From contig OZ024744.1 of the NCBI GenBank assembly GCA_964016885.1, positions 5,456,001-5,520,000 of the forward strand: a DNA stretch of 64,000 bases, given 5' to 3'. This document shows positions 27,401 to 42,400 of the stretch, one piece after another. The position numbers were made by a program, and so were the translations under genes. How positions within the stretch are numbered: the stretch's first letter is position 1; every line of letters begins with the position of its first letter. The stretch comes from Eledone cirrhosa (taxonomy: Eukaryota). A model generated the notes under the pieces. It did not search any database. It saw only the letters and a program-made list of their open reading frames with translations, and was not told where the DNA came from.

Positions 27401-30400
27401 AACGGTAGTACCTCACTATATGTGACATATTTAGGTGGTAACTGTGGTATAGACAGTTCATCAGGATCAACGGTAGTACCTCACTATATGTGACATATTT
27501 AGGTGGTAACTGTGGTATAGAGTTCATCAGGATCAACGGTTATACCTCACTATATGTGACATATTTAGGTGGTAACTGTGGTATAGACAGTTCATCAGGA
27601 TCAACGGTAGTACCTCACTATATGTGACATATTTAGGTGGTAACTGTGGTATAGAGTTCATCAGGATCAACGGTAGTACCTCACTATATGTGACATATTT
27701 AGGTGGTAACTGTGGTATAGACAGTTCATCAGGATCAACGGTAGTACCTCACTATATGTGACATATTTAGGTGGTAACTGTGGTATAGAGTTCATCAGGA
27801 TCAACGTTAGTACCTCACTATATGTGACATATTTAGGTGGTAACTGTGGTATAGACAGTTCATCAGGATCAACGGTAGTACCTCACTATATGTGACATAT
27901 TTAGGTGGTAACTGTGGTATAGAGTTCATCAGGATCAACGGTAGTACCTCACTATATGTGACATATTTAGGTGGTAACTGTGGGTTAGACAGTTCATCAG
28001 GATCAACGGTAGTACCTCACTATATGTGACATATTTAGGTGGTAACTGTGGTATAGACAGTTCATCAGGATCAACGGTAGTACCTCACTATATGTGACAT
28101 ATTTAGGTGGTAACTGTGGTATAGACAGTTCATCGGGATCAATGGTAGTACCTCACTCTATGTGACATATTTAGGTGGTAACTGTGGTATAGACAGTTCA
28201 TCAAGATCAACGGTAGTACCTCACTATATGTGACATATTTAGGTGGTAACTGTGGTATAGAGTTCATCAGGATCAACGGTAGTACCTCACTACATGTGAC
28301 ATATTTAGGTGGTTACTGTGATATAGACAGTTCATCAGGATCAACGGTTATACCTCACTATATGTGACATATTTAGGTGGTAACTGTGGTATAGAGTTCA
28401 TCAGGATCAACGGTTATACCTCACTATATGTGACATATTTAGGTGGTAACTGTGGTATAGACAGTTCCTCAGGATCAACGGTAGTACCTCACTATATGTG
28501 ACATATTTAGATGGTAACTGTGGTATAGACAGTTCATCAAGATCAACGGTAGTACCTCACTATATGTGACATATTTAGGTGGTAACTGTGGTATAGACAG
28601 TTCATCAGGATCAACGGTAGTACCTCACTATATGTGACATATTTAGGTGGCAACTGTGGTATAGACAGTTCATCAGGATCAACGGTAGTACCTCACTATA
28701 TGTGACACATTGAGGTGGTTACGGTGGTATAGACAGTTCATCAGGATCAAAGGTAGTACCTCACTATATGTGACATATTTAGGTGGTAACTGTGGTATAG
28801 ACAGTCCATCAGGATCAACGGTAGTACCTCACTATATGTGACATATATAGGTGGTAACTGTGGTATAGAGTTCATCAGGATCAACGGTAGTACCTCACTA
28901 TATGTGACATATTTAGGTGGTAACTGTGGTATAGAGTTCATCAGGATCAACGGTAGTACCTCACAATATGTGACATATTTAGGTGGTAACTGTGGTATAG
29001 ACAGTTCATCAAGATCAACGGTAGTACCTCACTATATGTGACATATTTAGGTGGTAACTGTGGTATAGAGTCCATCAGGATCAACGGTAGTACCTCACTA
29101 TATGTGACATATTTAGGTGGTAACTGTGGTATAGAGTTCATCAGGATCAACGGTAGTACCTCACTATATGTGACATATTTAGGTGGTAACTGTGGTATAG
29201 ACAGTTCATCAGGATCAACGGTAGTACCTCACTATATGTGACATATTTAGGTGGTAACTGTTGTATAGACAGTTCATCAGGATCAACGGTAGTACCTCAC
29301 TATATGTGACATATTTAGGTGGTAACTGTGGTATAGACAGTTCATCAGGATCAACGGTAGTACCTCACTATATATGACATATTTAGGTGGTAACTGTGGT
29401 ATAGACAGTTCATCAGGATCAACGGTAGTACCTCACTATATGTGACATATTTAGGTGGTAACTGTGGTATAGAGTTCATCAGGATCAACGGTAGTACCTC
29501 ACTATATGTGACATATTTAGGTGGTAACTGTGGTATAGACAGTTCATCAGGATCAACGGTAGTACCTCACTATATGTGACATATTTAGGTGGTAACTGTG
29601 GTATAGAGTTCATCAGGATCAACGGTTATACCTCACTATATGTGACATATTTAGGTGGTAACTGTGGTATAGACAGTTCATCAGGATCAACGGTAGTACC
29701 TCACTATATGTGACATATTTAGGTGGTAACTGTGGTATAGAGTTCATCAGGATCAACGGTAGTACCTCACTATATGTGACATATTTAGGTGGTAACTGTG
29801 GTATAGACAGTTCATCAGGATCAACGGTAGTACCTCACTATATGTGACATATTTAGGTGGTAACTGTGGTATAGAGTTCATCAGGATCAACGTTAGTACC
29901 TCACTATATGTGACATATTTAGGTGGTAACTGTGGTATAGACAGTTCATCAGGATCAACGGTAGTACCTCACTATATGTGACATATTTAGGTGGTAACTG
30001 TGGTATAGAGTTCATCAGGATCAACGGTAGTACCTCACTATATGTGACATATTTAGGTGGTAACTGTGGGTTAGACAGTTCATCAGGATCAACGGTAGTA
30101 CCTCACTATATGTGACATATTTAGGTGGTAACTGTGGTATAGACAGTTCATCAGGATCAACGGTAGTACCTCACTATATGTGACATATTTAGGTGGTAAC
30201 TGTGGTATAGACAGTTCATCGGGATCAATGGTAGTACCTCACTCTATGTGACATATTTAGGTGGTAACTGTGGTATAGACAGTTCATCAAGATCAACGGT
30301 AGTACCTCACTATATGTGACATATTTAGGTGGTAACTGTGGTATAGAGTTCATCAGGATCAACGGTAGTACCTCACTACATGTGACATATTTAGGTGGTT

Positions 30401-33400
30401 ACTGTGATATAGACAGTTCATCAGGATCAACGGTTATACCTCACTATATGTGACATATTTAGGTGGTAACTATGGTATAGACAGTTCATCAGGATCAACG
30501 GTTATACCTCACTATATGTGACATATTTAGGTGGTAACTGTGGTATAGAGTTCATCAAGATCAACGGTAGTACCTCACTATATGTGACATATTTAGGTGG
30601 TAACTGTAGTATAGACAGTTCATCAGGATCAATGGTAGTACCTCACTATATGTGACATATTTAGTTGGTAACTGTGATATAGACAGTTCATCAGGATCAA
30701 CGGTAGTACCTCACTATATGTGACATATTTAGGTGGTATCTGTGGTATAGACAGTTCATCAGGATCAACGGTAGTACCTCACTCTATGTGACATATTTAG
30801 GTGGTAACTGTGGTATAGAGTCCATCAAGATCAACGGTAGTACCTCACTATATGTGACATATTTAGGTGGTAACTGTGGTATAGACAGTTCATCAGGATC
30901 AACGGTAGTACCTCACTATATGTGACATATTTAGGTGGTAACTGTGGTATAGACAGTTCATCAGGTTCAACGGTAGTACCTCACTATATGTGACATATTT
31001 AGGTGGTAACTGTGGTATAGACAGTTCATCAGGATCAACGGTAGTACCTCACTCTATGTGACATATTTAGGTGGTAACTGTGGTATAGACAGTCCATCAA
31101 GATAAACGGTAGTACCTCACTATATATGACATATTTAGGTGGTAACTGTGGTATAGAGTTCATCAGGATCAACGGTAGTACCTCACTATATGTGACATAT
31201 TTAGGTGGTAACTGTGGTATAGACAGTTCATCAAGATCAACGGTAGTACCTCACTATATGTGACATATTTAGGTGGTAACTGTGATATAGACAGTTCATC
31301 AGGATCAACGGTAGTACCTCACTATATGTGACATATTTAGGTGGTAACTGTGGTATAGACAGTTCATCAGGATCAACGGTAGTACCTCACTATATGTGAC
31401 ATATTTAGGTGGTAACTGTGGTATAGACAGTTCATCAGGATCAACGGTAGTATCTCACTATATGTGACATATTTAGGTGGTAACTGTGATATAGACAGTT
31501 CATCAGGATCAACGGTAGTACCTCACTATATGTGACATATTTAGGTGGTAACTGTGGTATAGACAGTTCATCAGGATCAACGGTAGTACCTCACTATATG
31601 TGACATATTTAGGTGGTAACTGTGATATAGACAGTTCATCAGGATCAACGGTAGTACCTCACTATATATGACATATTTAGGTGGTAACTGTGGTATAGAG
31701 TTCATCAGGATCAACGGTAGTACCTCACTATATGTGACATATTTAGGTGGTAACTGAGGTATAGAGTTCATCAGGATCAACGGTAGTACCTCACTATATG
31801 TGACATATTTAGGTGGTAACTGTGGTATAGACAGTTCATCAGGATCAACGGTAGTACCTCACTATATGTGATATATTTAGGTGGTAACTATGGTATAGAC
31901 AGTTCATCAGGATCAACGGTAGTACCTCACTATATGTGACATATTTAGGTGGTAATTGTGATATAGAGTTCATCAAGATCAACGGTAGTACCTCACTATA
32001 TGTGACATATTTAGGTGGTAACTGTGGTATAGAGTTCATCAGGATCAACGGTAGTACCTCACTATATGTGACATATTTAGGTGGTAACTGTGGTATAGAC
32101 AGTTCATCAGGATCAACGGTAGTACCTCACTATATGTGACATATTTAGGTGGTAACTGTGGTATAGAGTTCATCAGGATCAACGGTAGTACCTCACTATA
32201 TGTGACATATTTAGGTGGTAACTGTGGTATAGACAGTTCATCAGGATCAACGGTAGTACCTCACTATATGTGACATATTTAGGTGGTAACTGTGGTATAG
32301 ACAGTTCATCAGGTTCAACGGTAGTACCTCACTATATGTGTCATATTGAGGTGGTTACGGTGGTATAGAGTTCATCAGTATCAACGGTAGTACCTCACTC
32401 TATGTGACATATTTAGGTGGTAACTGTGGTATAGACAGTTCATCAGGTTCAACGGTAGTACCTCACTATATGTGACATATTGAGGTGTTTACGGTGGTAT
32501 AGAGTTCATCAGGTTCAACGGTAGTACCTCACTCTATGTGACATATTTAGGTGGTAACTGTGGTATAGACAGTTCATCAGGTTCAACGGTAGTACCTCAC
32601 TCTATGTGACATATTTAGGTGGTAACTGTGGTATAGACAGTTCATCAGGATCAACGGTAGTACCTCACTATATGTGACATATTTAGGTGGTAACTGTGGT
32701 ATAGACAGTTCATCAAGATCAACGGTAGTACCTCACTATATGTGACATATTTAGGTGGTAACTATGGTATAGACAGTTCATCAAGATCAACGGTAGTACC
32801 TCACTATATGTGACATATTTAGGTGGTAACTGTGGTATAGACAGTTCGTCAGGATCAACGGTAATACCTCACTATATGTGACATATTTAGATGGTAACTG
32901 TGGTATAGACAGTTCATCAAGATCAACGGTAGTACCTCACTATATGTGACATATTTAGGTGGTAACTGTGGTATAGACAGTTCATCAGGATCAACGGTAG
33001 TACCTCACTATATGTGACATATTTAGGTGGCAACTGTAGTATAGACAGTTCATCAGGATCAACGGTAGTACCTCACTATATGTGACACATTGAGGTGGTT
33101 ACGGTGGTATAGACAGTTCATCAGGATCAAAGGTAGTACCTCACTATATGTGACATATTTAGGTGGTAACTGTGATATAGAGTTCATCAGGATCAACGGT
33201 AGTACCTCACTATATGTGACATATTTAGGTGGTAACTGTGGTATAGAGTTCATCAGGATCAACGGTAGTACCTCACTATATGTGACATATTTAGGTGGTA
33301 ACTGTGGTATAGAGTTCATCAGGATCAACGGTAGTACCTCACAATATGTGACATATTTAGGTGGTAACTGTGGTATAGACAGTTCATCAAGATCAACGGT

Positions 33401-36400
33401 AGTACCTCACTATATGTGACATATTTAGGTGGTAACTGTGGTATAGAGTCCATCAGGATCAACGGTAGTACCTCACTATATGTGACATATTTAGGTGGTA
33501 ACTGTGGTATAGAGTTCATCAGGATCAACGGTAGTACCTCACTATATGTGACATATTTAGGTGGTAACTGTGGTATAGACAGTTCATCAGGATCAACGGT
33601 AGTACCTCACTATATATGACATATTTAGGTGGTAACTGTGGTATAGACAGTTCATCAGGATCAACGGTAGTACCTCACTATATGTGACATATTTAGGTGG
33701 TAACTGTGGTATAGAGTTCATCAGGATCAACGGTAGTACCTCACTATATGTGACATATTTAGGTGGTAACTGTGGTATAGACAGTTCATCAGGATCAACG
33801 GTAGTACCTCACTATATGTGACATATTTAGGTGGTAACTGTGGTATAGAGTTCATCAGGATCAACGGTTATACCTCACTATATGTGACATATTTAGGTGG
33901 TAACTGTGGTATAGACAGTTCATCAGGATCAACGGTAGTACCTCACTATATGTGACATATTTAGGTGGTAACTGTGGTATAGAGTTCATCAGGATCAACG
34001 GTAGTACCTCACTATATGTGACATATTTAGGTGGTAACTGTGGTATAGACAGTTCATCAGGATCAACGGTAGTACCTCACTATATGTGACATATTTAGGT
34101 GGTAACTGTGGTATAGAGTTCATCAGGATCAACGTTAGTACCTCACTATATGTGACATATTTAGGTGGTAAATGTGGTATAGACAGTTCATCAGGATCAA
34201 CGGTAGTACCTCACTATATGTGACATATTTAGGTGGTAACTGTGGTATAGAGTTCATCAGGATCAACGGTAGTACCTCACTATATGTGACATATTTAGGT
34301 GGTAACTGTGGGTTAGACAGTTCATCAGGATCAACGGTAGTACCTCACTATATGTGACATATTTAGGTGGTAACTGTGGTATAGACAGTTCATCAGGATC
34401 AACGGTAGTACCTCACTATATGTGACATATTTAGGTGGTAACTGTGGTATAGACAGTTCATCGGGATCAATGGTAGTACCTCACTCTATGTGACATATTT
34501 AGGTGGTAACTGTGGTATAGAGTTCATCAAGATCAACGGTAGTACCTCACTATATGTGACATATTTAGGTGGTAACTGTGGTATAGACAGTTCATCAAGA
34601 TCAACGGTAGTACCTCACTATATGTGACATATTTAGGTGGTAACTGTGGTATAGAGTTCATCAGGATCAACGGTAGTACCTCACTACATGTGACATATTT
34701 AGGTGGTTACTGTGATATAGACAGTTCATCAGGATCAACGGTTATACCTCACTATATGTGACATATTTAGGTGGTAACTATGGTATAGACAGTTCATCAG
34801 GATCAACGGTTATACCTCACTATATGTGACATATTTAGGTGGTAACTGTGGTATAGAGTTCATCAAGATCAACGGTAGTACCTCACTATATGTGACATAT
34901 TTAGGTGGTAACTGTAGTATAGACAGTTCATCAGGATCAATGGTAGTACCTCACTATATGTGACATATTTAGTTGGTAACTGTGATATAGACAGTTCATC
35001 AGGATCAACGGTAGTACCTCACTATATGTGACATATTTAGGTGGTATCTGTGGTATAGACAGTTCATCAGGATCAACGGTAGTACCTCACTCTATGTGAC
35101 ATATTTAGGTGGTAACTGTGGTATAGACAGTTCATCAGGTTCAACGGTAGTACCTCACTATATGTGACATATTTAGGTGGTAACTGTGGTATAGACAGTT
35201 CATCAGGATCAACGGTAGTACCTCACTCTATGTGACATATTTAGGTGGTAACTGTGGTATAGACAGTTCATCAGGTTCATCGGTAGTACCTCACTATATG
35301 TGACATATTTAGGTGGTAACTGTGGTATAGACAGTTCATCAGGATCAACGGTAGTACCTCACTCTATGTGACATATTTAGGTGGTAACTGTGGTATAGAC
35401 AGTCCATCAAGATCAACGGTAGTACCTCACTATATATGACATATTTAGGTGGTAACTGTGGTATAGAGTTCATCAGGATCAACGGTAGTACCTCACTATA
35501 TGTGACATATTTAGGTGGTAACTGTGGTATAGACAGTTCATCAAGATCAACGGTAGTACCTCACTATATGTGACATATTTAGGTGGTAACTGTGATATAG
35601 ACAGTTCATCAGGATCAACGGTAGTACCTCACTATATGTGACATATTTAGGTGGTAACTGTGGTATAGACAGTTCATCAGGATCAACGGTAGTACCTCAC
35701 TATATGTGACATATTTAGGTGGTAACTGTGGTATAGACAGTTCATCAGGATCAACGGTAGTATCTCACTATATGTGACATATTTAGGTGGTAACTGTGAT
35801 ATAGACAGTTCATCAGGATCAACGGTAGTACCTCACTATATGTGACATATTTAGGTGGTAACTGTGGTATAGACAGTTCATCAGGATCAACGGTAGTACC
35901 TCACTATATGTGACATATTTAGGTGGTAACTGTGATATAGACAGTTCATCAGGATCAACGGTAGTACCTCACTATATATGACATATTTAGGTGGTAACTG
36001 TGGTATAGAGTTCATCAGGATCAACGGTAGTACCTCACTATATGTGATATATTTAGGTGGTAACTGAGGTATAGAGTTCATCAGGATCAACGGTAGTACC
36101 TCACTATATGTGACATATTTAGGTGGTAACTGTGGTATAGACAGTTCATCAGGATCAACGGTAGTACCTCACTATATGTGATATATTTAGGTGGTAACTA
36201 TGGTATAGACAGTTCATCAGGATCAACGGTAGTACCTCACTATATGTGACATATTTAGGTGGTAATTGTGATATAGAGTTCATCAAGATCAACGGTAGTA
36301 CCTCACTATATGTGACATATTTAGGTGGTAACTGTGGTATAGAGTTCATCAGGATCAACGGTAGTACCTCACTATATGTGACATATTTAGGTGGTAACTG

Positions 36401-39400
36401 TGGTATAGACAGTTCATCAGGATCAACGGTAGTACCTCACTATATGTGACATATTTAGGTGGTAACTGTGGTATAGACAGTTCATCAGGTTCAACGGTAG
36501 TACCTCACTATATGTGTCATATTGAGGTGGTTACGGTGGTATAGAGTTCATCAGTATCAACGGTAGTACCTCACTCTATGTGACATATTTAGGTGGTAAC
36601 TGTGGTATAGACAGTTCATCAGGTTCAACGGTAGTACCTCACTATATGTGACATATTGAGGTGGTTACGGTGGTATAGAGTTCATCAGGTTCAACGGTAG
36701 TACCTCACTCTATGTGACATATTTAGGTGGTAACTGTGGTATAGACAGTTCATCAGGTTCAACGGTAGTACCTCACTCTATGTGACATATTTAGGTGGTA
36801 ACTGTGGTATAGACAGTTCATCAGGATCAACGGTAGTACCTCACTATATGTGACATATTTAGGTGGTAACTGTGGTATAGACAGTTCATCAAGATCAACG
36901 GTAGTACCTCACTATATGTGACATATTTAGGTGGTAACTATGGTATAGACAGTTCATCAAGATCAACGGTAGTACCTCACTATATGTGACATATTTAGGT
37001 GGTAACTGTGGTATAGACAGTTCCTCAGGATCAACGGTAGTACCTCACTATATGTGACATATTTAGATGGTAACTGTGGTATAGACAGTTCATCAAGATC
37101 AACGGTAGTACCTCACTATATGTGACATATTTAGGTGGTAACTGTGGTATAGACAGTTCATCAGGATCAACGGTAGTACCTCACTATATGTGACATATTT
37201 AGGTGGCAACTGTGGTATAGACAGTTCATCAGGATCAACGGTAGTACCTCACTATATGTGACACATTGAGGTGGTTACGGTGGTATAGACAGTTCATCAG
37301 GATCAAAGGTAGTACCTCACTATATGTGACATATTTAGGTGGTAACTGTGGTATAGACAGTCCATCAGGATCAACGGTAGTACCTCACTATATGTGACAT
37401 ATATAGGTGGTAACTGTGGTATAGAGTTCATCAGGATCAACGGTAGTACCTCACTATATGTGACATATTTAGGTGGTAACTGTGGTATAGAGTTCATCAG
37501 GATCAACGGTAGTACCTCACAATATGTGACATATTTAGGTGGTAACTGTGGTATAGACAGTTCATCAAGATCAACGGTAGTACCTCACTATATGTGACAT
37601 ATTTAGGTGGTAACTGTGGTATAGAGTCCATCAGGATCAACGGTAGTACCTCACTATATGTGACATATTTAGGTGGTAACTGTGGTATAGAGTTCATCAG
37701 GATCAACGGTAGTACCTCACTATATGTGACATATTTAGGTGGTAACTGTGGTATAGACAGTTCATCAGGATCAACGGTAGTACCTCACTATATGTGACAT
37801 ATTTAGGTGGTAACTGTTGTATAGACAGTTCATCAGGATCAACGGTAGTACCTCACTATATGTGACATATTTAGGTGGTAACTGTGGTATAGACAGTTCA
37901 TCAGGATCAACGGAAGTACCTCACTATATATGACATATTTAGGTGGTAACTGTGGTATAGACAGTTCATCAGGATCAACGGTAGTACCTCACTATATGTG
38001 ACATATTTAGGTGGTAACTGTGGTATAGAGTTCATCAGGATCAACGGTAGTACCTCACTATATGTGACATATTTAGGTGGTAACTGTGGTATAGACAGTT
38101 CATCAGGATCAACGGTAGTACCTCACTATATGTGACATATTTAGGTGGTAACTGTGGTATAGAGTTCATCAGGATCAACGGTTATACCTCACTATATGTG
38201 ACATATTTAGGTGGTAACTGTGGTATAGACAGTTCATCAGGATCAACGGTAGTACCTCACTATATGTGACATATTTAGGTGGTAACTGTGGTATAGAGTT
38301 CATCAGGATCAACGGTAGTACCTCACTATATGTGACATATTTAGGTGGTAACTGTGGTATAGACAGTTCATCAGGATCAACGGTAGTACCTCACTATATG
38401 TGACATATTTAGGTGGTAACTGTGGTATAGAGTTCATCAGGATCAACGTTAGTACCTCACTATATGTGACATATTTAGGTGGTAACTGTGGTATAGACAG
38501 TTCATCAGGATCAACGGTAGTACCTCACTATATGTGACATATTTAGGTGGTAACTGTGGTATAGAGTTCATCAGGATCAACGGTAGTACCTCACTATATG
38601 TGACATATTTAGGTGGTAACTGTGGGTTAGACAGTTCATCAGGATCAACGGTAGTACCTCACTATATGTGACATATTTAGGTGGTAACTGTGGTATAGAC
38701 AGTTCATCAGGATCAACGGTAGTACCTCACTATATGTGACATATTTAGGTGGTAACTGTGGTATAGACAGTTCATCGGGATCAATGGTAGTACCTCACTC
38801 TATGTGACATATTTAGGTGGTAACTGTGGTATAGACAGTTCATCAAGATCAACGGTAGTACCTCACTATATGTGACATATTTAGGTGGTAACTGTGGTAT
38901 AGAGTTCATCAGGATCAACGGTAGTACCTCACTACATGTGACATATTTAGGTGGTTACTGTGATATAGACAGTTCATCAGGATCAACGGTTATACCTCAC
39001 TATATGTGACATATTTAGGTGGTAACTGTGGTATAGAGTTCATCAGGATCAACGGTTATACCTCACTATATGTGACATATTTAGGTGGTAACTGTGGTAT
39101 AGACAGTTCCTCAGGATCAACGGTAGTACCTCACTATATGTGACATATTTAGATGGTAACTGTGGTATAGACAGTTCATCAAGATCAACGGTAGTACCTC
39201 ACTATATGTGACATATTTAGGTGGTAACTGTGGTATAGACAGTTCATCAGGATCAACGGTAGTACCTCACTATATGTGACATATTTAGGTGGCAACTGTG
39301 GTATAGACAGTTCATCAGGATCAACGGTAGTACCTCACTATATGTGACACATTGAGGTGGTTACGGTGGTATAGACAGTTCATCAGGATCAAAGGTAGTA

Positions 39401-42400
39401 CCTCACTATATGTGACATATTTAGGTGGTAACTGTGGTATAGACAGTTCATCAGGATCAACGGTAGTACCTCACTATATGTGACATATTTAGGTGGTAAC
39501 TGTGGTATAGAGTTCATCAGGATCAACGGTAGTACCTCACAATATGTGACATATTTAGGTGGTAACTGTGGTATAGACAGTTCATCAAGATCAACGGTAG
39601 TACCTCACTATATGTGACATATTTAGGTGGTAACTGTGGTATAGAGTCCATCAGGATCAACGGTAGTACCTCACTATATGTGACATATTTAGGTGGTAAC
39701 TGTGGTATAGAGTTCATCAGGATCAACGGTAGTACCTCACTATATGTGACATATTTAGGTGGTAACTGTGGTATAGACAGTTCATCAGGATCAACGGTAG
39801 TACCTCACTATATGTGACATATTTAGGTGGTAACTGTTGTATAGACAGTTCATCAGGATCAACGGTAGTACCTCACTATATGTGACATATTTAGGTGGTA
39901 ACTGTGGTATAGACAGTTCATCAGGATCAACGGTAGTACCTCACTATATATGACATATTTAGGTGGTAACTGTGGTATAGACAGTTCATCAGGATCAACG
40001 GTAGTACCTCACTATATGTGACATATTTAGGTGGTAACTGTGGTATAGAGTTCATCAGGATCAACGGTAGTACCTCACTATATGTGACATATTTAGGTGG
40101 TAACTGTGGTATAGACAGTTCATCAGGATCAACGGTAGTACCTCACTATATGTGACATATTTAGGTGGTAACTGTGGTATAGAGTTCATCAGGATCAACG
40201 GTTATACCTCACTATATGTGACATATTTAGGTGGTAACTGTGGTATAGACAGTTCATCAGGATCAACGGTAGTACCTCACTATATGTGACATATTTAGGT
40301 GGTAACTGTGGTATAGAGTTCATCAGGATCAACGGTAGTACCTCACTATATGTGACATATTTAGGTGGTAACTGTGGTATAGACAGTTCATCAGGATCAA
40401 CGGTAGTACCTCACTATATGTGACATATTTAGGTGGTAACTGTGGTATAGAGTTCATCAGGATCAACGTTAGTACCTCACTATATGTGACATATTTAGGT
40501 GGTAACTGTGGTATAGACAGTTCATCAGGATCAACGGTAGTACCTCACTATATGTGACATATTTAGGTGGTAACTGTGGTATAGAGTTCATCAGGATCAA
40601 CGGTAGTACCTCACTATATGTGACATATTTAGGTGGTAACTGTGGGTTAGACAGTTCATCAGGATCAACGGTAGTACCTCACTATATGTGACATATTTAG
40701 GTGGTAACTGTGGTATAGACAGTTCATCAGGATCAACGGTAGTACCTCACTATATGTGACATATTTAGGTGGTAACTGTGGTATAGACAGTTCATCGGGA
40801 TCAATGGTAGTACCTCACTCTATGTGACATATTTAGGTGGTAACTGTGGTATAGACAGTTCATCAAGATCAACGGAAGTACCTCACTATATGTGACATAT
40901 TTAGGTGGTAACTGTGGTATAGAGTTCATCAGGATCAACGGTAGTACCTCACTACATGTGACATATTTAGGTGGTTACTGTGATATAGACAGTTCATCAG
41001 GATCAACGGTTATACCTCACTATATGTGACATATTTAGGTGGTAACTATGGTATAGACAGTTCATCAGGATCAACGGTTATACCTCACTATATGTGACAT
41101 ATTTAGGTGGTAACTGTGGTATAGAGTTCATCAAGATCAACGGTAGTACCTCACTATATGTGACATATTTAGGTGGTAACTGTAGTATAGACAGTTCATC
41201 AGGATCAATGGTAGTACCTCACTATATGTGACATATTTAGTTGGTAACTGTGATATAGACAGTTCATCAGGATCAACGGTAGTACCTCACTATATGTGAC
41301 ATATTTAGGTGGTATCTGTGGTATAGACAGTTCATCAGGATCAACGGTAGTACCTCACTCTATGTGACATATTTAGGTGGTAACTGTGGTATAGAGTCCA
41401 TCAAGATCAACGGTAGTACCTCACTATATGTGACATATTTAGGTGGTAACTGTGGTATAGACAGTTCATCAGGTCAACGGTAGTACCTCACTATATGTGA
41501 CATATTTAGGTGGTAACTGTGATATAGAGCTAATCAAGATCAACGGTAGTACCTCACTATATGTGACATATTTAGGTGGTAACTGTGGTATAGACAGTTC
41601 ATCAGGTTCAACGGTAGTACCTCACTATATGTGACATATTTAGGTGGTAACTGTGGTATAGACAGTTCATCAGGATCAACGGTAGTACCTCACTCTATGT
41701 GACATATTTAGGTGGTAACTGTGGTATAGACAGTCCATCAAGATCAACGGTAGTACCTCACTATATGTGACATATTTAGGTGGTAACTGTGATATAGACA
41801 GTTCATCAGGATCAACGGTAGTACCTCACTATATATGACATATTTAGGTGGTAACTGTGGTATAGAGTTCATCAGGATCAACGGTAGTACCTCACTATAT
41901 GTGACATATTTAGGTGGTAACTGTGGTATAGACAGTTCATCAAGATCAACGGTAGTACCTCACTATATGTGACATATTTAGGTGGTAACTGTGATATAGA
42001 CAGTTCATCAGGATCAACGGTAGTACCTCACTATATGTGACATATTTAGGTGGTAACTGTGGTATAGACAGTTCATCAGGATCAACGGTAGTACCTCACT
42101 ATATGTGACATATTTAGGTGGTAACTGTGGTATAGACAGTTCATCAGGATCAACGGTAGTATCTCACTATATGTGACATATTTAGGTGGTAACTGTGATA
42201 TAGACAGTTCATCAGGATCAACGGTAGTACCTCACTATATGTGACATATTTAGGTGGTAACTGTGGTATAGACAGTTCATCAGGATCAACGGTAGTACCT
42301 CACTATATGTGACATATTTAGGTGGTAACTGTGATATAGACAGTTCATCAGGATCAACGGTAGTACCTCACTATATATGACATATTTAGGTGGTAACTGT

